Shown here piece by piece: positions 1 through 7,945 of a stretch of DNA of 41,875 bases (position 1 is the first letter of the stretch; each line of letters starts with the position of its first letter). The position numbers and the translations under genes are program-made. Below the pieces are notes generated by a model. It was not told the origin of the DNA, did no database searches, and worked only from the letters and a program-made list of their open reading frames with translations. Source of the stretch: an uncultured virus (IMG/VR IMGVR_UViG_3300005239_002148) (Duplodnaviria > Heunggongvirae > Uroviricota > Caudoviricetes); IMG/VR virus record IMGVR_UViG_3300005239_002148. One strand, 5' to 3'.

Positions 1-1352
1 TCTTTTAATTCAGCAAAATGATTATCTTTATTGTAATCAACTCGAATATCTCTTTCCCATTTTGCCCAATCGGCTTCAGTTATAACTTTTTTAAGAACTA
101 GCTGTTTTTGTAAAATTTTAAGAAATAAATGTGAGAATCTATTACGAAGTCTATCAATAAATTTTTGAAACTTAACTTCATCTCTACTAATTTCAGTTGA
201 ACGGCCAATACTAAAACCATTATTTTCTTGATCTAATCTTTGTAATGGAACATTTAAAGCTTTATACAAACGTTTTTGAAAGTAAATGATGTCATCAATC
301 TGTCCTAGGTTATCACCACCTGGAAGACTAGAAATCTCAGTACTTCTATTACCTTCTCGGCGTGGTAACCAGAAATCTTCGAGCATTGACATATGTTTAC
401 GATCATCTCGTAAGTCACCTGTATTAGCATCGTATACTAATTTATTACGATATTTAGCCATGATATTTTTCATGTACTCTTCAGCTTTACCCTTTGGAAG
501 GTTACCAACATCGATATAAAAAATTCTTCTCTCTGGTGCTCGAGCTAGTCTATAAATGACAAGCGAGTCTTCCATCATTCTTAATTGATTAACTGGCTTA
601 ATAGCTTTTTGTAAATGACTAAGAACTTTTGATCTTTTTTCATCTAATAATCCAGATGTGACATAACTAATAGAATCTTCAGTAAATTTAACTGCTTGTC
701 TATTTTGTGCTGTATGAACAGACCCGGCTCCACCTTTTCCTGGAGATTCTTGATAAACGTAATATTCTTTTACATTTTCAATTACTTCAGCATTAGTTCT
801 GGGGTCTTTTTTCTTTTTAACTTCTTTTACTTTACGCATTTTCGGAGCATCAATAAAACGAATGTCTTGAATGCCCATTTTTTCATTACTCGGATCTACC
901 ACTAAGTGGTGATAAATTTTACCGTCGACATACCATCTACGAAAGATGTCATGACCATCTTCAGAAAAATTTAACATTCTTAAAATATTTTCAAATTCTT
1001 CTGATATTTGTTTTTTAATATTTTCACTGGCTTCAATTTCATCTAATTCTATAGAAACACCAGGACTATCATCATCAATAACAATAGCTTCATTTACAAT
1101 ATCTTCAATAGCAGCATCACATTCTGGATGTATAGCTACACCTCGATATTTCATTACTAATTGATAATTATCTTTTGATCCACTTCCATCAATATCAACG
1201 TATTGACCGAAATGACCAGCGCCCGATGCAGTTACATAACCTGCGCCGTCATCGTCTTTTGCTGTGACAATAGATTTTAACTTTTCATCTTTGTCTTTTG
1301 ATCCAGCTCTTTTTATTTCAAAACCAAAAAGCTTAACTGAATTATCTGCCAT
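1..1352 (-). CDS. gp20: T4-like portal vertex protein (partial, 3' end beyond window start)
   Basis: Not in the ORF track because it lacks a stop in the window. ATG at 1352 reads MADNSVKLFGFEIKRA...DDDGAGYVT...MKYRGVAIHPECDAAIEDIVNEAIV...GHDIFRRWYVDGKIYHH...AIKPVNQLRMMEDSLVIYRLARAPERRIFYIDVGNLPKGKAEEYM...MLEDFWLPRREGNRSTEISSLPGGDNLGQIDDI, which are hallmark gp20 motifs. It follows gp19. Confidence 0.97.
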   Translation of the reverse strand, partial: MADNSVKLFGFEIKRAGSKDKDEKLKSIVTAKDDDGAGYVTASGAGHFGQYVDIDGSGSKDNYQLVMKYRGVAIHPECDAAIEDIVNEAIVIDDDSPGVSIELDEIEASENIKKQISEEFENILRMLNFSEDGHDIFRRWYVDGKIYHHLVVDPSNEKMGIQDIRFIDAPKMRKVKEVKKKKDPRTNAEVIENVKEYYVYQESPGKGGAGSVHTAQNRQAVKFTEDSISYVTSGLLDEKRSKVLSHLQKAIKPVNQLRMMEDSLVIYRLARAPERRIFYIDVGNLPKGKAEEYMKNIMAKYRNKLVYDANTGDLRDDRKHMSMLEDFWLPRREGNRSTEISSLPGGDNLGQIDDIIYFQKRLYKALNVPLQRLDQENNGFSIGRSTEISRDEVKFQKFIDRLRNRFSHLFLKILQKQLVLKKVITEADWAKWERDIRVDYNKDNHFAELK

Positions 1353-1377
1353 AATTAATCCTTTAAATATGTTAGTG

Positions 1378-1398
1378 AGGGGGAAAGTATTTCCCCCT
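1378..1398. terminator. Stem-loop between gp19 and gp20 (possible terminator/attenuator or RNA processing hairpin)
   Basis: Perfect 9-bp inverted repeat AGGGGGAAA-GTA-TTTCCCCCT in an AT-rich intergenic region. No strong U-tract follows on the minus strand. Confidence 0.55.
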
Positions 1399-1417
1399 GC
1401 ACCATTTCAATTAGTGC

Positions 1418-1425
1418 TATTTATT
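1418..1425 (-). promoter_or_regulatory. Variant T4-type late promoter (AATAAATA) upstream of gp20
   Basis: Plus-strand TATTTATT, one mismatch from TATAAATA and followed by G like most other copies. It lies just after the gp19 stop. Confidence 0.45.
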
Positions 1426-1431
1426 ACTCAA

Positions 1432-1740
1432 TTAAGAAGTAACTTTTTGAACACGGCCTGAACCTGAGAAACTTTCCCAGTATTGAACCTGAAAACTAAC
1501 GNNNNNNNNNNNNNNNNNNNNNNNNNNNNNNNNNNNNNNNTATAACATTCGGCCGCGATATGGAACAGTAACTGGATTAACAGTAGATGCTGGTAAATTA
1601 CCGGCATTACACATAAATGATGTTAGTTCAACATCACCAGTCATGATTCTTGGATAAGCAAGTGTGATTTTAAACAGATTCGGGCGAGCGCCTCCACCTG
1701 CTAATTTAGCTTTAAATTGGTCTACACCTAAAATTGCCAT
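1432..1740 (-). CDS. gp19: T4-like tail tube protein (middle missing in assembly gap)
   Basis: MAILGVDQFKAKLAGGGARPNLF...LPAST...VPYRGR and C-terminal FQVQYWES are typical gp19 motifs. It lies between gp18 and gp20. The N gap at 1502-1540 is shorter than the missing segment. Confidence 0.93.
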   Translation of the reverse strand: MAILGVDQFKAKLAGGGARPNLFKITLAYPRIMTGDVELTSFMCNAGNLPASTVNPVTVPYRGRMLXXXXXXXXXXXXXXVSFQVQYWESFSGSGRVQKVTS

Positions 1741-1757
1741 TTTATTCTCCTATCCCT

Positions 1758-3773
1758 TTATGTAGCCTGACCAACAACTTCTTCAAACGAAACACCCGTG
1801 CGAACCGCAACGAAGTTAAGAGTGATGAAGTTAATCGACCGTGCTGGTTTAATAAAGAGACTTGCTACAAATTGATTCGTATCAATAATCTCAGGGCCAT
1901 TATTAGTTTCGTCGGCAACTAGCCTGAAATCTGTAATACCTCTTCGACCTTTTATATCTCTTAATAATGGTTCAATGATATTTACAAATTCTGCTCTTGT
2001 AAATTCGTCATTAAATTCGAATAGAATATTTTTAGCAGCTTCTGCAATGGCTCTTTCGATAACCAAGAAGAGTCTACGAACATTAATTCTATCAAATGCT
2101 GATGGTCTATTTAAGTGTGTTTTATCACCGAACAATAATATTCCATTACCAGGCATATTAGTTATTGGATTAATCCCATTTCTATAAAGCTCATCTCTTT
2201 CAGATTTATTAGGATTATATGTTAAACCAGTTACACCAAAATATTGTCCTCTTCGTGTACCGGCTGGTGACACCCAAAGAGCAAAATTATTATCAGTAGC
2301 TGCACACAGACCAGCTGTTGAAGATGCTGCTGGAATATGAATATACTTATCATTGTATTTATCATACACTTTTAAGAAATTATTATCTACGCTAAGATAT
2401 GAACTGCGTGTGAATCCGTTAACATTAGCTAAGATATTTTCTTGCGCTGTTTTTGGACTTTGTACTATACCTTCTCTATTAGGAGAAGCAAAAACCATAC
2501 AGTCTTTTCTAGTTTGAGCAGCAATCGATACTAGCTGATTAACTACTGTTTTATGTTCTGTCTTATCAACCATACTTGGAGAAATTATAAAATCAATTAA
2601 ATATTGAGCTGGATCGTCAATTAAATTATAAGCGTTTATAATATCATCTTTTCCCATCGTGCCATTAACGCCACCTGACAGCGTAGCATCAACTACATTT
2701 GCAAGTTTGCCGTTACTCGATGATGTTGCAACAGCTCCAGCACCTGTACCCATGCCAGCAGGCATATTAATTAATCTAACATATTTTGATCTAGCATTAA
2801 TAACATCCTTTATAAAGTTATTAGTACCATCAGCATTTTGAGCTCCTGCAAATTGCGAAACATACGGATAAGTTTCAATAACAGAATTTTTAATTCCAGA
2901 CAACTTACCTACAGTATCGATAACAACGACATGAACTTCATCATTGCCATTCACGTTAACCTCTGCGGTGTGAGCTGATGTGCCCGGCGCGGTATCAAAA
3001 TTATTTCTATACGACCAAGCCTTGAAAGCACTGTCATAAGTCGCGAGGCCAGCTGAATCAGCACCTGACCCGCAAATTTCTATTTTAATACCATTACCTA
3101 AATCACCAGGATATATGCCTATAAATGTTTGACCTGCTGAATCTAACGCAGATAGCTTAGATTCAAATTCAGCTTCATTTTTTACAGTCGGAGCCTCTAA
3201 CGTACCACCAGTTCCAGTTCCGGCCTGTGTAAAAGCTGTAATTGCGCTGGATCCACTAATAGCAGTTACTGTTATTACTAGGTCATTGGCTGGGCTAGAT
3301 AAACCTAAAGTTGTTCCAGCGATTGTGAAGGTTTCAGTTACCGCATAGTTAGTTCCTGCATTTGTCATACTAACAGTATATACTGATCCTTGTCTAACTA
3401 CGGTGAAAGCCGCGCCTGTACCACTTGCTGTTGTAGTAGATGCAATTGTTGCATTAGCATATGTAAAACTTGGTATCGCATCAAATGAGTTTTTACCGGT
3501 AGCTGAATCCATACCTCGGATGACGTATAGATCGCTTGAATACCTCAAGTAATATGAGGCGCTGTGAAAGTCTACTGAAGTTGCATCATTTGGAGTTCCA
3601 AATGTTGATACTAAAGTACCTTCGTTGTTTACGAGAATCGGTTCGTCACAAGGACCCCAACGGAATTCACCTGCAATGACACCTGTAGAAGTAGGTACAT
3701 TAGGTACGCCGTTTGTTAAGTCAATTTCTCTTGTAACTACTGCCGGAGACTCTGATGGTGCATATATTGCCAT
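1758..3773 (-). CDS. gp18: T4-like contractile tail sheath protein
   Basis: SPAVVTREIDLT, FRWGP, RKDCMVFASP, YDKYNDKY, WVSPAGTRRG, RDELYRNGINP, GDKT...SAFDRINVRRLF, FEFNDEFTR, IKPARSINFITLNFVAVRTGVSFEEV. 671 aa. Confidence 0.98.
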   Translation of the reverse strand: MAIYAPSESPAVVTREIDLTNGVPNVPTSTGVIAGEFRWGPCDEPILVNNEGTLVSTFGTPNDATSVDFHSASYYLRYSSDLYVIRGMDSATGKNSFDAIPSFTYANATIASTTTASGTGAAFTVVRQGSVYTVSMTNAGTNYAVTETFTIAGTTLGLSSPANDLVITVTAISGSSAITAFTQAGTGTGGTLEAPTVKNEAEFESKLSALDSAGQTFIGIYPGDLGNGIKIEICGSGADSAGLATYDSAFKAWSYRNNFDTAPGTSAHTAEVNVNGNDEVHVVVIDTVGKLSGIKNSVIETYPYVSQFAGAQNADGTNNFIKDVINARSKYVRLINMPAGMGTGAGAVATSSSNGKLANVVDATLSGGVNGTMGKDDIINAYNLIDDPAQYLIDFIISPSMVDKTEHKTVVNQLVSIAAQTRKDCMVFASPNREGIVQSPKTAQENILANVNGFTRSSYLSVDNNFLKVYDKYNDKYIHIPAASSTAGLCAATDNNFALWVSPAGTRRGQYFGVTGLTYNPNKSERDELYRNGINPITNMPGNGILLFGDKTHLNRPSAFDRINVRRLFLVIERAIAEAAKNILFEFNDEFTRAEFVNIIEPLLRDIKGRRGITDFRLVADETNNGPEIIDTNQFVASLFIKPARSINFITLNFVAVRTGVSFEEVVGQAT

Positions 3774-3837
3774 GTCGTTTCCTTTTCCATCTAATAGAAA
3801 TTATAAGTTTCATAATACGGTTATGTTCAATTAGTTA

Positions 3838-3845
3838 TATTTATA
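3838..3845 (-). promoter_or_regulatory. T4-type late promoter TATAAATA upstream of gp18
   Basis: Exact TATTTATA on the plus strand, intergenic, about 65 nt upstream of the gp18 ATG. Confidence 0.85.
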
Positions 3846-3865
3846 TACATTTGATTTTAAAGATT

Positions 3866-5482
3866 TTATCCATCCCAGTCTTGTACTAACCATTCTTGAC
3901 TAGGTGATTCTATTTGCCATTGCTCAGATGTTAATGCTGGATGTGAAATATTATCTAAACCATCATCTACAAAACCCCAATCTAAGACATCGTTTTCAAT
4001 CTCTTGCATTCGCTGCTGAAACATAAGATCTCGTATATTAATATCAGTCATTTCTCCAAATGCTGAAGTACCAGCAAAATATCCAAACATAATTAAATTC
4101 ATAACAATATCATCATGATTGCCATCCGATGCTTCGTATGATGAACCTCTTGCAGTAAATGTAGAAATTTCTATGATTGTATCTTCATCTACAATTTCAA
4201 GTTTATTATTTTCTAGTAAATCTTTAAATGAAGAACATCCAATTCGTTTTACTTTACGAGTCATAAGAATACCAAGTGCATCTGCTTTAACAACTGATTC
4301 AACAAACATATTTACATATTCTAAATCATGATATAAACCATTACACACAACCATTCCAGCATCATTTGATTCTATTACAACCATTGCTTGATTGTAAGAA
4401 TTTGCATACTTATATATAATATTAGGGAAGAGGAGGGGAGAGATAAGATTATTGCGATATACAGCAACCTGCTTAAACGGCTCCGCGCTAATATCGATTA
4501 CACTAAAAGTACTATAGTCCTGTCCTCTTCCTTTAGCAACATCAACTAGCATTACATAATTGTGATCTTTAATTGACTCATTATAAACTTTTACACCATC
4601 ATTTGTAATTTCTAATGGATCGTGCCTTCTTAATTCAAGGAGTGTATTAGCATTAATAAGAGTATCTCCTGTACCAAAGAATGTGTTTCCAAACTCTTGA
4701 TCAAATTGTACAGGCGAAGTATTAGCTACTGTAGCTTTTTTCCACTCTTCGTCCCTTCCTGGAACGTCCCACCAGTCGACTCTAAATGGAATAAATTCAT
4801 TTGTTTCTTGTATTGCACCTTCCCAGATTTTATGAAAAACATTACCTAAACCGTTTGCTGTAGATGTAATAATAACTTTTGTATCTTTACCGGATGATAC
4901 AACTGGATAAGTTGATGTATAAAACTCTGCTGCTCGTTCAACAAATGCAAACTCGTCAAGGTAAAGAAGATTAACTGACATACCACGAATAGATGATCCC
5001 GATGTCGCAGCAGCAACAATCCTTGAATTATTACTAAATTCAATAGATCCTTTATTAAGAGCTTTGCATCCAGGTTGTAAAAAGAATGGTAAGTTTTCTA
5101 GCATGAGTGTAACTCTACCAAGCATTTCACGAGCGGTAGCACCTTTGTTTGCCATAACAGCAATAACTTTTTCGCTATTAAAAAGTGCAAACCAAAGTAG
5201 ATATGCCACTGATGAAATAGATTTACCAGATTGTCGGCATGCTAAAACAATATTAAATCTGTTTGTATTAAAATGATTAAACATTTTTTCTTGATATGGG
5301 TATAAATCAAATGGAACTAAACCTTTATCAAGGTGAATTACTTTACAATATGTTCTCGCAAAGTATGCAGGATCTTGCATACATCTAGCATATTCTTTAA
5401 CTTCATCATTTGTCCAATTAGTAACAACACCATCACGCTTAACATTTGGATTGCCTAAATAAGAATCATTCTTTTCCATCAT
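3866..5482 (-). CDS. gp17: Terminase large subunit
   Basis: YLGNPNVKR N-terminus, Walker A ACRQSGKS, Walker B LLYLDEFAF, coupling motif ITSTANG, nuclease motifs VDVAKGRGQDYS and HDDIVM. 538 aa, with no intein or intron seen. Confidence 0.98.
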   Translation of the reverse strand: MMEKNDSYLGNPNVKRDGVVTNWTNDEVKEYARCMQDPAYFARTYCKVIHLDKGLVPFDLYPYQEKMFNHFNTNRFNIVLACRQSGKSISSVAYLLWFALFNSEKVIAVMANKGATAREMLGRVTLMLENLPFFLQPGCKALNKGSIEFSNNSRIVAAATSGSSIRGMSVNLLYLDEFAFVERAAEFYTSTYPVVSSGKDTKVIITSTANGLGNVFHKIWEGAIQETNEFIPFRVDWWDVPGRDEEWKKATVANTSPVQFDQEFGNTFFGTGDTLINANTLLELRRHDPLEITNDGVKVYNESIKDHNYVMLVDVAKGRGQDYSTFSVIDISAEPFKQVAVYRNNLISPLLFPNIIYKYANSYNQAMVVIESNDAGMVVCNGLYHDLEYVNMFVESVVKADALGILMTRKVKRIGCSSFKDLLENNKLEIVDEDTIIEISTFTARGSSYEASDGNHDDIVMNLIMFGYFAGTSAFGEMTDINIRDLMFQQRMQEIENDVLDWGFVDDGLDNISHPALTSEQWQIESPSQEWLVQDWDG

Positions 5483-5503
5483 CTAATCTATCTGTAATAT
5501 CAA

Positions 5504-5857
5504 TTACGTTATCATCTTAACAGGGTTATTCATATCTTGTAACATTCTTTGTAAATCTACTGTAGATCCTACAAATAAATTATTTGTTGTTCCTTCTGGC
5601 ACTGTTACCTGAAGAACATCTTTCTTATCAAATGATTTCTTCTTCTTATGCAAATCCATAAGCCGGTCATTTACATCTGAAACATTTTTAATCATACCAG
5701 ATACAACTTCGAAAGCTCGGGGATGCTCCAAAGCTCGGGCTACTTCAATCATATCCTCAAGTGCAGCATTACCTTTTTCAATTAAATCGTAATAAGTTCT
5801 ACGAGAATAATCGAAATCATCATCTGGTAAATTATCTGACTTTTTCCAATCACTCAT
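5504..5857 (-). CDS. gp16: Terminase small subunit (true end probably 5466 after a 1-nt correction)
   Basis: DDFDYSR...HPRAFEV...TTNNLFVGSTVDLQRML is the marine T4-like gp16 signature, directly upstream of gp17. Adding one A at 5517-5518 gives the ending VKDDNVIDITDRLDDGKE*, overlapping the gp17 start. Confidence 0.93.
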   Translation of the reverse strand: MSDWKKSDNLPDDDFDYSRRTYYDLIEKGNAALEDMIEVARALEHPRAFEVVSGMIKNVSDVNDRLMDLHKKKKSFDKKDVLQVTVPEGTTNNLFVGSTVDLQRMLQDMNNPVKMIT

Positions 5858-6412
5858 TTATCTAACTCTTTTTGTTCCAGCAAACTGAGAAGCTGGTCCG
5901 GAAGGACTTGATGTAGCGGCTCTTTGCTCAGCATTGCGTGCTGCAATAGCTTCTGGAGATAGTGTTACTCTAACTGGCTGCACTTCACGAGTTTTCTTTA
6001 TTTTATTTGGATTATGATTAGGACCATGCGGACCCATTAAGGCGCCTTTCATTGCTCCAACAAACGATTCAGTATTCATATCAACATCTTCTTTTTTAAT
6101 ATGTTTCTTTTTATGGTGAATAACTTTTTTTGCTAATTTATCACCGGCTAGTCCGCCTACTGCATTACCAACATATCCGCCTAAAGTTGAACCTGCCGCT
6201 TCTCCAGCCTTATATGCAGGATCAAATTCTTTAGTCGTAATATATCTAGTTGGACTCATAGATCTAGCTAAGTTCCCACCGATTTTACCGCCAATATAGG
6301 ATCCAGCTACACCGCCCGCATATGAACCACCAGCTGTCGTTGCCGCTCTTCCTGCAAAATTAGCCACTTTACCTTCATCTAATGCCGTAGCGTATCCTTT
6401 AAATGTTAACAT
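5858..6412 (-). CDS. Hypothetical basic Gly/Ala-rich glycine-zipper protein, candidate capsid internal protein
   Basis: 184 aa. Stop abuts the gp16 ATG (TAAATG). N-terminus MLTFKGYATALDE|G, two GxxxG-zipper blocks, Lys-rich segments. Confidence 0.75.
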   Translation of the reverse strand: MLTFKGYATALDEGKVANFAGRAATTAGGSYAGGVAGSYIGGKIGGNLARSMSPTRYITTKEFDPAYKAGEAAGSTLGGYVGNAVGGLAGDKLAKKVIHHKKKHIKKEDVDMNTESFVGAMKGALMGPHGPNHNPNKIKKTREVQPVRVTLSPEAIAARNAEQRAATSSPSGPASQFAGTKRVR

Positions 6413-6413
6413 T

Positions 6414-7151
6414 TTATTTTCCTTTACCTAAAGCAGCACGTTGTCTATTCACTATGTTTAATATATCTTGCTTATGTTTAGCTGCATTTGGATGATTTGC
6501 AGGTATCGATGTTGCTTTACCATCAACTCCCATAAGAAATGACCCTCCTTTTTTAGAAGTCATTGGATCTCCGGGCTTTGGTGAAGTTACAGGTTTGGCC
6601 GCTGATTTGTTATTTTGCGCTAATCTTTTAGCTTTCCATCTGTTAATCGCATCTGGTGATGCATTAATTTTTGGAAAACTGTTTGAAGTTTGAGGCTGAG
6701 TAGCTGCAGGAGTTTGAGGCTGAGTAGCTGCAGGAGTTTGAGGCTTACCGCCTGTTGCATTATTCCAACCAGGATGTTGTCCTGTTGTAGTATTAGATGG
6801 AGGAGTTGGAGGAGTCTGGCTGCTTCCAGTATTTTTAGTAGCTTTGCCTGCTTTCTTTTTATTTAAAAGAGCTTTCACACCTTTTTTAGCATACGCATAA
6901 GGTGACGATACTACATCACCTATTTTCGCGCCTATGTCACCACCTGCCCCACCGCCAGCAATTGCCCCTGCCCCAAAACCAATAGCATTTCCAATTCCAG
7001 GAGCTACCATTCCGCCAGCAAGACCACCACCAATTCCGCCAGCAAGGGCGCCGCCTGCCATACCTAAACCTCTACCAATTGCTTGACCAACAGGTCCTTC
7101 ATTTAATTTATTAGTTTTTAGTTCTTCTCTTAATTGAAAATATGTTTTCAT
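6414..7151 (-). CDS. Hypothetical basic glycine-zipper protein, candidate capsid internal protein
   Basis: 245 aa. ATGA overlap with the gp15 stop. N-terminus MKTYFQLREELKTNKLNE|G, then a long GxxxG zipper, then a Pro/Thr/Gln linker and Lys-rich tail. Confidence 0.8.
   Translation of the reverse strand: MKTYFQLREELKTNKLNEGPVGQAIGRGLGMAGGALAGGIGGGLAGGMVAPGIGNAIGFGAGAIAGGGAGGDIGAKIGDVVSSPYAYAKKGVKALLNKKKAGKATKNTGSSQTPPTPPSNTTTGQHPGWNNATGGKPQTPAATQPQTPAATQPQTSNSFPKINASPDAINRWKAKRLAQNNKSAAKPVTSPKPGDPMTSKKGGSFLMGVDGKATSIPANHPNAAKHKQDILNIVNRQRAALGKGK
6687..6745. repeat. Perfect 24-bp tandem repeat (~2.5 copies) encoding PQTPAATQ
   Basis: Unit AGTTTGAGGCTGAGTAGCTGCAGG at 6687 and 6711, partial copy at 6735. 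Confidence 0.95.
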
Positions 7152-7945
7152 TGTGATGAATCTCCGTAATATTCAGTAACGGTAGTAAAACCGAAATCAC
7201 TAAACGGTGTTGCGTTAGCTGGGTTAGGTGTTGTAATTTGTTTAACATATAATCCATCAGAGTCTGCTCCAGATGTTAACAATGAAGCTTTATCTATATG
7301 AACATCAGTAGTTGCTGATTTGATAACTTTAGATCTTCTAATAGGCCCGTGAAAATTAACTCTCATTCCAAAATCTAATGTATAAATTATAGTTCTTCTT
7401 TGTTCTAATGATCCTTCAAAATCATCTTGAAAATTAACAGATTGAAGAGTAATAGGAACATCTTCCTTTATAGTATCAATACCGGCTAAAGGTTTAAGCG
7501 TCAAAGTATATTGTGGATTAAAATACGGAATGATTTGCTCGACTATTTGAAGAGCATCATCTTGTAACTTAGCATAAATGTTTAATGAGAAAAATATAGT
7601 ATAAGGAGCAGGAGAATAAATTTTATTTACTTCAGAAGTACTTGCTCCATAAGCTTTATTATAGTTATTGTTTTTAGGAAGAATTCTTTCGGGATCATAT
7701 GCTAATGAAGTTATTTCAAAAGACATTCTCGGAAGCTTTAAAGCTACTTTAGTATTATCAATTAAAGATGGATTCTCCCTAATTCTTTCTAAATATTTGT
7801 CTTTTGGCGCATATGCTAATGGAACTTTTGTCTGACTATTCACTGCACCATTTGATCCAGTTCTTTGAACATATATATCGTTAAATATGGTTCCAAAAGT
7901 TGCAACCGCTTTTCTTATTCTTTCGTGATAAAAATATTGAAACAT
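7148..7945 (-). CDS. gp15: Tail sheath stabiliser / tail terminator
   Basis: YFYHERIRKAVATFGTIFNDI, KVPLAYAPKDK, LPRMSFEIT, DDALQIVEQIIPYFNPQY, DDFEG...RRTIIYTLDF. Confidence 0.96.
   Translation of the reverse strand: MFQYFYHERIRKAVATFGTIFNDIYVQRTGSNGAVNSQTKVPLAYAPKDKYLERIRENPSLIDNTKVALKLPRMSFEITSLAYDPERILPKNNNYNKAYGASTSEVNKIYSPAPYTIFFSLNIYAKLQDDALQIVEQIIPYFNPQYTLTLKPLAGIDTIKEDVPITLQSVNFQDDFEGSLEQRRTIIYTLDFGMRVNFHGPIRRSKVIKSATTDVHIDKASLLTSGADSDGLYVKQITTPNPANATPFSDFGFTTVTEYYGDSSQ

Noticed and set aside
286..1461. Short plus-strand ORFs here and throughout the window
   Set aside because: They are antisense shadows of well-supported minus-strand genes (here gp20), with no recognisable motifs.
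1432..1740. Miniature 102-aa tail tube protein
   Set aside because: The conserved middle of gp19 falls in an N gap whose stated 39-nt length is evidently too short.
3866..5482. Intein, intron or homing endonuclease in the terminase or neighbouring core genes
   Set aside because: gp17 has normal length and continuous motifs, and no HNH, GIY-YIG or LAGLIDADG-like ORF was seen.
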